A stretch of DNA of 64,000 bases from Sphingobacterium sp. (GTDB lineage Bacteria > Bacteroidota > Bacteroidia > Sphingobacteriales > Sphingobacteriaceae): NCBI GenBank assembly GCA_040392285.1, contig JBEBWF010000008.1, positions 15,962 to 79,961 on the forward strand. The letters are read 5' to 3'. This document shows, in pieces, positions 10,208 through 18,507 of this stretch. Every line of letters begins with the position of its first letter. Within the stretch, counting starts at the first letter, position 1. The translations under genes and the position numbers were made by a program. The notes beneath the pieces are model-generated. The model made no database searches, was not told the origin of the DNA, and saw only the letters and a list, made by a program, of their open reading frames with translations.

Positions 10208-10765
10208 TTAAAAAACACCGCTTTGTTTGATTTTCTGTACCAAAGAAGCCATACACTCACTTTTCTTTTTCCGCAGGTAAGCGTAAGAAATACCCATCGA
10301 TTCTGCAATCTGTTCTTGATGCTTCTCGACCAAGCAACGCTTGATGATTTCCTGGCAGCTTTTTCCCAGTGTATCCAACATAGCCATCACTTTGTTTTCT
10401 TTATCCACCTGATGTAAGAGCTGCTCCCACTCCTGCTGTGAATGATCTTCAATATGAAATAAATCATCCGTCGCTTTTGTTACCTGCATTTTTTGATTTT
10501 TTTTCAAAACATTCAGCCATTTGCGTTTGCACACTAAAGCTAAAAAGGCACCAAAGTTGGTTGTTAATTCAAAATCACGATCCCGGGCCATATGGTAGAT
10601 ATCCACCAACGCTTCTTGAAGAATATCATAACCATCATCCGCTGTCCCACTATTCCGCTGAATGAGGGTAACAATTTGCTTGGCATATTTATTATATATA
10701 AGTTGGATGCCCTTACTATTATTTTCTTTTAGATATTGAATATAAATTTGGTCTATGTGCATCAA
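10208..10765 (-). CDS. RNA polymerase sigma factor, ECF (sigma-70 group 4) family
   Basis: 185 aa. A region 2-like segment (DILQEALVDIY) and a region 4 HTH (QEQIAESMGISYAYLRKKKSEC) are present. Confidence 0.8.
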   Translation of the reverse strand: MMHIDQIYIQYLKENNSKGIQLIYNKYAKQIVTLIQRNSGTADDGYDILQEALVDIYHMARDRDFELTTNFGAFLALVCKRKWLNVLKKNQKMQVTKATDDLFHIEDHSQQEWEQLLHQVDKENKVMAMLDTLGKSCQEIIKRCLVEKHQEQIAESMGISYAYLRKKKSECMASLVQKIKQSGVF

Positions 10766-10845
10766 AAAAGAAGTTTATTTGTAAATTTAACAATATTTGT
10801 ATAATTCAAGGAGAATACCTTATTAATATTAATAGAGCGACTACC

Positions 10846-12858
10846 ATGAGACCAATTATGTGCTTGATAACCCTTCTTGCCTGTATCCAGTCCCTTTTTG
10901 CACAAGAGATCGTACCTCCGCCAACGGAAGATACTTTTGAAAGCAAAATCCATACAGAGCTCGTGGAAAACCAGCTGTTGTTCAAGCCTGAATTGAGACC
11001 GTTGGTTCAAATTCCAGGAGGACGTGCGCCCTATTATAGCTATTTATGGGATTTCGGTGATGGCCATTTCAGCACGCAACCAGAACCGTTGCATCAATAT
11101 GCCCAACCCGGCGAATACAATGTGACCTTATATGCCGTTAATAACTACGATTTTGGGCCAAAACCTAAACGGCCCAAAAAAACGGTCGAGGTCACATCTG
11201 CCATTGCTTCAAACACCTCTCCTAACTTATTCGAACAAAATTTCTTCTCGTCCAATGGAACCTTCCAGATTTTCAAGCTATCGGACGCTAAGCCCGGCGA
11301 GGATATCTCGCTCGTCGTAGGTGTCAACACCGCAGGAAAAAGAGGCAAGATCTACATTCTTTCCAACGAAAAAATTGCGGGATTAGATGGCTTTAAGTTT
11401 GCTAACCAAAGTACGTATTACCGAGAGCAAGTAGATAGTTTGCCCCAGCGAAATGATCTTCATAGTATGTGGGCGAATGTCAAGCAATCGACCTTTACCA
11501 AAACTGGAAGTCCCGATTATGGGATAAAAGAAGTTTCTCTTTTTAATAATAGTAATCAAGCTATTAACTATTTCAAAGATCTTTACGGTGCTTACAACAG
11601 CCTAACTGCTTATGATATAGCACCACAAAATACTGATCAACAATTTTCGCTGATTAATTTAGATGTCACGGAAGATATGCTCGCAGATACCAATGCGATC
11701 GTGACTATCACAGGCGTTTTCATTCCCGAGGATGGTATAGCCAATGTGCATCAGGTCGACATACCTGTAGTAAAGTCACATGATCCAAACAAAATGTCAG
11801 TGAAACCGGCGCGTATGAGCTATAGGTTCCAAAGTAAAAATAAAACGCTAACTTATAAGGTCCAATTTCAGAACGATGGGGAAGGTGATGCTCGGAATGT
11901 GCGCTTAGAAATGGCTCTGCCTCCGGAAATCAATAAGGAGACTTTTAGGTTAAGGGCGCTATATCCCCAATGTGACACCTGCCAAACGGCAGGTTCCATG
12001 GGCTGTTATCAGTATTACATCAAGGACGATGGAACATTTGTTTTTCATTTCAAAGATATTGCGCTACCTGGCACTGCTGCCAAAAACATAACGGACATGG
12101 ATAGTACTAAAGGTTTTGTCCTGTTCGATGTAGACATGGAAAAGAAAAAGTTCAGAAACAAATCGTTTAAGTCTTATACCAATATCTATTTCGACAACAA
12201 TCCTCCCATTAAAACCAACATTTCTACCTCAAGGTTTAGACAAATTTTTTCTCCCATCGTTACGGTTGGAGCTACCACGACTTTTGGTACACCTCAGGAA
12301 CATGACGTCAAATACCAATTCAAACCCGGCATGCAAATTGGCTTTGGATTAGCTCCAATGGCCCCGTATAAACGTCCATTTTGGCAAGCAGAAATTTACA
12401 CGAGTTATTACGAACAGAACGGCTCTGTAAACATAAGGGGGATGAAACAAGAAATGTCCTTACCCATAGGAGATGGAGGGAGAATGATGGATGTAATTAT
12501 AAATGCGTACGACAGTTTGGAAACTAGGAAATACCTTTCTGTACAAGTGCCGCTGCAAATAAGATACAATATCAACGCTTGGGTATCTATAGGTGCAGGG
12601 GTATCTTTGCGAAAAGACTTCAATACCTCATATAGTAATACCGTGAATTATCATTATACGGCTGCACAAGGGACGATAGACAATACGCTCTCCCGTGAGA
12701 ACGAGAACATTCAAGCCAAGGATAGCCCAATTAAATATAACCCCTTCTTTGACATTAATATCGGTCGCGTATATATGGGGCCTGCTATAGGTTTTCGAGT
12801 AGCTTATGATAAAAATCAAAAATCTCATAGCGGTATCTATGGTCTTTGGCGTTTCTAA
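10846..12858 (+). CDS. Secreted PKD-domain protein with a C-terminal beta-barrel-like region
   Basis: Signal peptide MRPIMCLITLLACIQSLFAQE is present, as is the PKD signature YLWDFGDGHFS..HQYAQPGEYNVTLYAVN. A beta-sandwich region follows HDPNKMSV. The C-terminus ends in GLWRF (terminal aromatic residue). Confidence 0.75.
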   Translation: MRPIMCLITLLACIQSLFAQEIVPPPTEDTFESKIHTELVENQLLFKPELRPLVQIPGGRAPYYSYLWDFGDGHFSTQPEPLHQYAQPGEYNVTLYAVNNYDFGPKPKRPKKTVEVTSAIASNTSPNLFEQNFFSSNGTFQIFKLSDAKPGEDISLVVGVNTAGKRGKIYILSNEKIAGLDGFKFANQSTYYREQVDSLPQRNDLHSMWANVKQSTFTKTGSPDYGIKEVSLFNNSNQAINYFKDLYGAYNSLTAYDIAPQNTDQQFSLINLDVTEDMLADTNAIVTITGVFIPEDGIANVHQVDIPVVKSHDPNKMSVKPARMSYRFQSKNKTLTYKVQFQNDGEGDARNVRLEMALPPEINKETFRLRALYPQCDTCQTAGSMGCYQYYIKDDGTFVFHFKDIALPGTAAKNITDMDSTKGFVLFDVDMEKKKFRNKSFKSYTNIYFDNNPPIKTNISTSRFRQIFSPIVTVGATTTFGTPQEHDVKYQFKPGMQIGFGLAPMAPYKRPFWQAEIYTSYYEQNGSVNIRGMKQEMSLPIGDGGRMMDVIINAYDSLETRKYLSVQVPLQIRYNINAWVSIGAGVSLRKDFNTSYSNTVNYHYTAAQGTIDNTLSRENENIQAKDSPIKYNPFFDINIGRVYMGPAIGFRVAYDKNQKSHSGIYGLWRF

Positions 12859-12863
12859 ATGGT

Positions 12864-15473
12864 ATGAGAGCAAACTGGTTCCTATACGCAGCATATTGCA
12901 TGAGTTTAATGACTACCTTTCGGTGTACCACCTCAATACCAAAAGAAAACTCTACCGCCGAACTTTCACAAAAAATCACCGTTAATCTCGATTCGATTTT
13001 CGAGTATTTTGAAAATACAGCTGATACATGTCCCCAAAAATACGTAACCAATCCTGATTCCTTCTTTTACAGTTTCGATCTCAATCCTCAATCTTTTGCA
13101 CAAAAAGAGATGTATGCTTATGGATTGATTTTCATGGCTTATGGACTCCGGGAATATGGCGATCATTACAACAGCATAAAATATTACGAAAAGGCATTAA
13201 ATTTCATTCATGAAAACAAACTCGAGGATATTGACACGCAGATTTACATCATCAAGCCCTTAGCCGCTCTTTACACACTGATCGACGATAATCAAAAGGC
13301 CATTCGTCTACTGGAGCAGGTACTGCACAACATCCCGGAGAGCCAACCCATACAGCGCATTGGCTTTGCCAACAATCTGGCCAATGCGTACCTCTATAAT
13401 CGAGATATGGCCCAGGCCAAAGAACTGCTATTAGAGACGCTGGAAATGCCAACACAGTCTTTATCCAGAGCGTTGCTATACAACACACTCTCCACGGTTT
13501 ACAAAGAAGACAACGACGTCGATAACAGTATCAAATACAATAAGCTCGCTTTACAGGAATTTGCGAAAAACAAGCTGTATGGGGACACTTTGGTTTGGTA
13601 CGCATCGGCTTTGGGACAGTATGGCGAAATCCATCACGATTACGCTTCGATCCAACAAGCATGGCAGATCTTAAATGCTAATTTCCCCCATACACAACAT
13701 CGGACAAAGGCTAGCTTACAGCTTGCCAGAGCAAATATCCTTTTTACTAAAAACGAAATTCCGAAAGCGCAAAACACCTATCAGCAGGTCGTCGATATCT
13801 TATCCACCAAAATTGATGATGCTTATACGCTAGACTATACCTATACCCAAGCGCTAGTGGGGCTGGCAAAATGCTCCAGCTTACGGAATAAAATTGATTC
13901 TTCACTTTACTATTTTCAATGGGCGATCGAAAATGACTTTCGTACACAGCAGCTCATTACTAGTAAGATAAACCAAATCGCCAACAATATTTGGAACAGA
14001 GAGATCATCGAAGAAATGGTTGCTTTAGTCGATCGACTATTAATGCAAGAACCGGATAGTCAAGAGGTATTAGAAACATTGCTCTGGTGCATCGAATTAA
14101 GTAAAGGACGGCTCCTCATCAATGAAATCAACCGATCGGAAAATTGGGATAAAGCAGATCCGGCAATAAAAGATGCCATCCGAACGATCCGAAATCTATA
14201 TCAAAAAATCAGTGAATCGAACAGCGAAAGCCAACAACGAGCTCTCCAGCAGCAAATCGATCAACTGATGATCGACTTTCAACTATCCGAACGTTACTTT
14301 GAAACCTACAACTATTCACCAGATAAAATTTCGTTCTTAAAAAACCTAAATGGCCCTAAAAAAAATTACTACAGTTATTTTGTCCATAAGGATAAAACAA
14401 TCACCGTTCTCGGCAGATTGAACAACAGATATGTGTACCACAAAGTTATTGATACGACATTTATGGATCATATCGGACAATTTAAAATCCTATATTTTGG
14501 TGATTCACCAAATAATTACAATCTTGATCCAGTACAGTATTTCGACCAATCACGCCAAATCATACACGAGTTATTACCTGAGATACAGACCGTAAGAAAT
14601 GATATTTGCCTTTCTTTGGATGGACAGTTATACGGTCTTCCCTTTGATGCCTTGTATGAAAATGACTTTCTCGTCAATACGCACAATTTCGCTTATCTCA
14701 ACTCTTTCATTCTATATGATCTGCTGAAAGCGCCGGCAGCAGATCAAACGGATATTACATTATTATATCGATCGACCTTCCCCAAACCCTTGCCCGATTT
14801 GCATTTTGTACATGATGAAGTAAAAAATATAAGTAGAAATTTTAAAAGTCAACAAATTGGGCCAGAAAATCAACAAGACTCTACTATTGTCCAACAATTT
14901 GCTGGCTCTCACATCATTCATATTGCCTCCCATACCGTCTTAGATGGTGAAGACAATCCTATCATCTACCTTCAGCACCCCATATCGACCAAACAATTAC
15001 GCTTTTATCACATTTACTCACCAATGGTATTTTTATCGGCATGCAATACGGGTAGTGGCATATCCCTACCTTCTGAAGGTATGGAAAGTATCCAACGTGT
15101 TTTTCTAGGAAAGGGCGTGCCTTCTGTTATTTCTACCTATTGGTTTGCCAACGATGAGGCGATGCTTCAGCTGACTTCCTTATTTTATCAACAGCTTTAT
15201 CAGACCAAGAGCCCCATAGAGGCGTTAGCTTCCGCAAAAAGAATATTTTTAGCAAGAGCCTCTAATGAACAACAAAACCCCTGGTACTGGGCCAACATCA
15301 ATTATGCTGGTATTGGTAATGAGATAGGCTTGAGGAAAACCTCAAACCTATCGATCTACATCTGTATTAGTGTATTGGTTTTATTGATCTTTATGTGGCT
15401 ATACATCACCTATTCAAGGTCGAATAGCCCTACGGTAAAGAAAGACAAAAAATCCAAAGACAAAACTCACTAA
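12864..15473 (+). CDS. TPR-repeat / CHAT-domain (caspase-fold) protease-like protein with a C-terminal TM segment
   Basis: A long TPR-like helical N-terminal region is followed by the CHAT hallmarks IIHIASHT (His codon 14931-14933) and VFLSACNTGSG (Cys codon 15042-15044). A hydrophobic segment LSIYICISVLVLLIFMWLYITY lies near the C-terminus. The ATG at 12864 is preferred over the TTG at 12846. Confidence 0.85.
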   Translation: MRANWFLYAAYCMSLMTTFRCTTSIPKENSTAELSQKITVNLDSIFEYFENTADTCPQKYVTNPDSFFYSFDLNPQSFAQKEMYAYGLIFMAYGLREYGDHYNSIKYYEKALNFIHENKLEDIDTQIYIIKPLAALYTLIDDNQKAIRLLEQVLHNIPESQPIQRIGFANNLANAYLYNRDMAQAKELLLETLEMPTQSLSRALLYNTLSTVYKEDNDVDNSIKYNKLALQEFAKNKLYGDTLVWYASALGQYGEIHHDYASIQQAWQILNANFPHTQHRTKASLQLARANILFTKNEIPKAQNTYQQVVDILSTKIDDAYTLDYTYTQALVGLAKCSSLRNKIDSSLYYFQWAIENDFRTQQLITSKINQIANNIWNREIIEEMVALVDRLLMQEPDSQEVLETLLWCIELSKGRLLINEINRSENWDKADPAIKDAIRTIRNLYQKISESNSESQQRALQQQIDQLMIDFQLSERYFETYNYSPDKISFLKNLNGPKKNYYSYFVHKDKTITVLGRLNNRYVYHKVIDTTFMDHIGQFKILYFGDSPNNYNLDPVQYFDQSRQIIHELLPEIQTVRNDICLSLDGQLYGLPFDALYENDFLVNTHNFAYLNSFILYDLLKAPAADQTDITLLYRSTFPKPLPDLHFVHDEVKNISRNFKSQQIGPENQQDSTIVQQFAGSHIIHIASHTVLDGEDNPIIYLQHPISTKQLRFYHIYSPMVFLSACNTGSGISLPSEGMESIQRVFLGKGVPSVISTYWFANDEAMLQLTSLFYQQLYQTKSPIEALASAKRIFLARASNEQQNPWYWANINYAGIGNEIGLRKTSNLSIYICISVLVLLIFMWLYITYSRSNSPTVKKDKKSKDKTH

Positions 15474-15548
15474 CCCGAGTTTTTCTCGCTCATCACTTTT
15501 TACAACTGGTTTGTTGGTATTCTTTTTCATATTAAGGTAGTTTTATTT

Positions 15549-17303
15549 TTAAAAATCCAAGACTTTTATTTCAGTACGTCTATTTTCTTGATGTTGTTCT
15601 TCTCGGCAGTCTATACCATTACTACAATTATTTTTAAGTTTAGTTTCACCATATCCTTTTGCAATCAATCGATTTCTCGAAATACCATTGGTGATTAAAT
15701 AGTCAACCGCAGCATCGGCACGACGTTGAGACAGCTTCAAGTTGTAACCATCATTTCCCCGACTGTCCGTATGGGACGATAGTTCAATACGAAGCGATGG
15801 ATTTTGTTTCAGGATCGATACGACATTATCGAGTATCAACGCCGCATCTGGACGGATATCACTTTTATCAAAATCATACAGGATATTTTTTAATTCCCAC
15901 GAACTGTCTTTTGCCAGATCACATACACCCAGTTTCAAGGTTACATATAACGTTTGGCTACGCACTAAACCTACGGTAGACACCATCTCGGTCTGCGAGT
16001 ATTTCGCTTGCTGATTGGCTACGACCGTAAATTCACTTTGTGGCTCCAACTGGTAAATAAATTTACCCTCCACATCAGAGATTTGACTTACATTCACTTT
16101 GCTCATCCTGTTTGTCAGCATGGTATTAACACCACCCATATTCTGCTGGCTTACACAGTCAAAAGTTTCTCCGACCAGCGTAAACCGTGGATCATCGTGA
16201 TAGATTTCTTTAAAAATCACTGTAGAATTACTTTGAAAGTCGGTTTCAGTCAGCACCAATACAGGCGTTCTAATTCCATTTTTTTCACCGACGACTTCGT
16301 AGCGTCCTGGTTTGATATCCGCAATCTTACTCGCTTGACCATTTGCATCGGAAAGCGACTTTTCACTTCGACCATTTCCGTCAATGGATACGACTACCCC
16401 ACTCAACGCCAAATTTGTTTGTTTATCCTTCACAACAATCTGCAATCCTTTTGCCGCCGCTGCAGGTTTAGGGACATCGTCATACTTAACGGGCTCTTCC
16501 TTAATGAGCGGAGCGACAGGTATAGACCTACCAAACACCATCTTCACCCCAACGCCAGCTTGTATTGTCTTGTGAAGCGTTCTGTCCACCGTCTGCTGCT
16601 CTTCGTAATGATCTAAGAAGCGTGTTACAAGTGTCGTCTCATCCACCGGAAGGATTTCCACACTATTACGCACCGTAAACTGACTAGGCTTATTACCGAA
16701 TTTACTACCAAAGGTTTGCACATAATCCACATGGGCAAACAAAGCAATCTTGGGGTTGATCTGATAATTGAATCGTAAACCTCCTAATCCCGCCCAGCTA
16801 TTCACTTTATTTGTTGAATCATTTTCCGTCCACTTCGGATCATAAAGCACCTGATTTCCGGTGCCATCATTATAGGTCATGGTCCTGACATATTCCGGAA
16901 AGTACTGCAACATCACACCTCCTCGCACATAGGCTTCCACATGAAACTTATTTTTGCTCCATTTATATGTTGGACCTATAGTAAAAAGGTAATCCTTGAA
17001 CCGAGCCGGGTTACGATAGTCCGTTCCAAAATGGCCATTTTCAAACTTAAAACTATCTTGCTTGTTGATTCCATTGTAGATATAACGGGCATCCACCCCT
17101 AACCCAAACTTATTCCCCGAAAAATATTTATCGACGAAGAATCCTCTGTAGTACCCTATCTTGGCTTCCCCGATTTTCTTATAGCTGTCCATGGCCACAC
17201 TAGTACCACCTTGAATACCCACTTGAAAGTCTCCTGTTGCACGCTCCTGGGCAAACGACAAAAAGTGGCTCAATAGCATTAAAACAAGTAAAAATCTTTT
17301 CAT
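15549..17303 (-). CDS. OmpA family protein (N-terminal barrel-like, central carboxypeptidase-regulatory-like, C-terminal OmpA/MotB domains)
   Basis: Signal peptide MKRFLLVLMLLSHFLSFAQE is present. The C-terminal OmpA motif is ILYDFDKSDIRPD...SHTDSRGNDGYNLKLSQRRADAAVDYL. Confidence 0.9.
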   Translation of the reverse strand: MKRFLLVLMLLSHFLSFAQERATGDFQVGIQGGTSVAMDSYKKIGEAKIGYYRGFFVDKYFSGNKFGLGVDARYIYNGINKQDSFKFENGHFGTDYRNPARFKDYLFTIGPTYKWSKNKFHVEAYVRGGVMLQYFPEYVRTMTYNDGTGNQVLYDPKWTENDSTNKVNSWAGLGGLRFNYQINPKIALFAHVDYVQTFGSKFGNKPSQFTVRNSVEILPVDETTLVTRFLDHYEEQQTVDRTLHKTIQAGVGVKMVFGRSIPVAPLIKEEPVKYDDVPKPAAAAKGLQIVVKDKQTNLALSGVVVSIDGNGRSEKSLSDANGQASKIADIKPGRYEVVGEKNGIRTPVLVLTETDFQSNSTVIFKEIYHDDPRFTLVGETFDCVSQQNMGGVNTMLTNRMSKVNVSQISDVEGKFIYQLEPQSEFTVVANQQAKYSQTEMVSTVGLVRSQTLYVTLKLGVCDLAKDSSWELKNILYDFDKSDIRPDAALILDNVVSILKQNPSLRIELSSHTDSRGNDGYNLKLSQRRADAAVDYLITNGISRNRLIAKGYGETKLKNNCSNGIDCREEQHQENRRTEIKVLDF

Positions 17304-17612
17304 AACATATCATTTTTAATTCCTACAATATTTATACAGGTGCATTTTTCTGATGTGCCTGTAATTTGTAATCAAGAAGAATGATGAATTGTTACCCTTG
17401 GTTTTTTCTAACAATTATTTGGGAAAATAAAAAAGGTGTTTCGAGGAATATAGGGTAAAATCCTGCCAAAATAGGAAAACTACTAAAAACTTTTTGGCGG
17501 AATATTACCCCTTTTTAAAAAGAAAATTCAATCTTTCATTCGTAAAAACATCTCTTTACAGCGCCTAAACCACGTTTTCACTATTCATCACGCCCATTTC
17601 GGACAATCGAGC

Positions 17613-18116
17613 AACCTTAAGGGGATTTTGTTTTCCCCGAAGTATATTCTGAAAAACCTGAAGGGTTTCCTGTTTACCCTTTGAAGGATTTTGGTACCCA
17701 TGAGGGAACTTATGGAATCCCCTTGGTGTATTAAAAAAAACGTCAAGGAAAGTCCATTTATCCTTTGGCATGTCCTGAAAACCTTTAAGGGAATTTTGTA
17801 TCCCCATTGGAATATTTTAAAATCCTTTAAGGGAATCCTACTTTCTCTTCGATAGATTCTGAAAATCCTCAAGGAGTTTCTGCATTCGCTTTGGTGCAAA
17901 GCAAAATCCCTAAAGCGAATCACGCTTATCCTTTAAAGGATTGTGGAAACCCTTGAGACGCTCCTATGTATACTTCGGTATATTAAAAAAACCTTTAAGG
18001 GAATATTATTTATCCCTTTAGCATATCCTGAAAACCTTTAAGGGAATACGGACTATTCTTTGGGAGATATGGAAAAGCCTCGGAGTTTTGCGAACAATTA
18101 TTGGATAAAACATTTG
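17613..18116. repeat. Degenerate tandem array, 12 units of 41-43 nt (mean 42.0), each with an imperfect inverted repeat AAGGGA/TCCCTT
   Basis: Unit starts read off the sequence are 17613, 17655, 17696, 17739, 17780, 17821, 17864, 17905, 17948, 17990, 18033 and 18075. The best copies share AAyCCTTTAAGGGAAT. The exact 22-mer TCCTGAAAACCTTTAAGGGAAT occurs twice. Confidence 0.8.
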
Positions 18117-18157
18117 TTTCCCAATCAGGAAATTACCACCTTTGTATAAAATTTAGA

Positions 18158-18505
18158 ATGAAGCCGAATTTTGACATTGAGTTATTACCCAAAGCTATTG
18201 AGTTTTTGGAAAACCTTGACGAAAAAACGAGAGAGAAGGTTTATTACAACATCAAAAAATCTCAATTCGTAAACAATAAAGAACTTTTTAAAAAGTTGAA
18301 CGACTTTATTTGGGAGTTTCGAACACTGTACAACAACAGAGCATATCGGCTTTTTTCCTTTTGGGACAAAACGGAGGGCAAAGAAACTTTGATAATTGCC
18401 ACCCATGGTATTTTGAAAAAGACACAGAAAACACCGCCAAAAGAAATTAAGAAAGCCGAAGAAATAAGAAAAGAATACTTGGATAATAAACTAAAAAAGA
18501 AATAA
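18158..18505 (+). CDS. Type II toxin, RelE/ParE superfamily (phage Gp49-like / HigB-like)
   Basis: The sequence MKPNFDIELLPKAIEFLENLDEKTREKVYYNI...WEFRTLYNNRAYRLFSFWDK...IIATHGILKKTQKTPPKEI fits the Gp49-like toxin pattern. The ATG at 18158 is preferred over the TTG at 18101. An HTH gene follows 2 nt later. Confidence 0.85.
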   Translation: MKPNFDIELLPKAIEFLENLDEKTREKVYYNIKKSQFVNNKELFKKLNDFIWEFRTLYNNRAYRLFSFWDKTEGKETLIIATHGILKKTQKTPPKEIKKAEEIRKEYLDNKLKKK

Positions 18506-18507
18506 TT

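Noticed and set aside
12846-12863. TTG start at 12846 for the CHAT gene, overlapping the upstream stop
   Set aside because: An ATG at 12864, 5 nt after the upstream stop, gives the same protein minus 6 residues and is the simpler call. It cannot be resolved without experimental data, so the TTG remains possible.
16008-16616. 202-aa plus-strand ORF antisense to the OmpA-family gene (and 15797..15979, 16384..16575)
   Set aside because: These ORFs are fully embedded antisense in a well-supported gene. They have low-complexity composition and no family resemblance. They are typical shadow ORFs.
9482-17303. Search for a gasdermin-like or other small pore-forming partner next to the CHAT protease
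   Set aside because: No ORF of 230-300 aa with a gasdermin-like profile lies adjacent. The neighbours are a 670-aa PKD/barrel protein and an OmpA-family protein. The known bGSDM-protease model therefore does not fit, and I do not claim it.
17565-17923. Two overlapping minus-strand ORFs (17565..17807, 17588..17923) with repetitive peptides (IPLK.F...)
   Set aside because: They lie wholly inside the 42-nt repeat array. A 42-nt unit equals 14 codons, so a stop-free unit keeps frames open by repetition. Two overlapping frames are open at once. There is no start context and no recognisable protein family. I treat them as artefacts of the repeat.
17613-18116. Possibility that the 42-nt array is a CRISPR array
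   Set aside because: Units are contiguous with no distinct unique spacers. Unit-to-unit identity is low and graded, whereas CRISPR repeats are near-identical. No cas genes are in the window.
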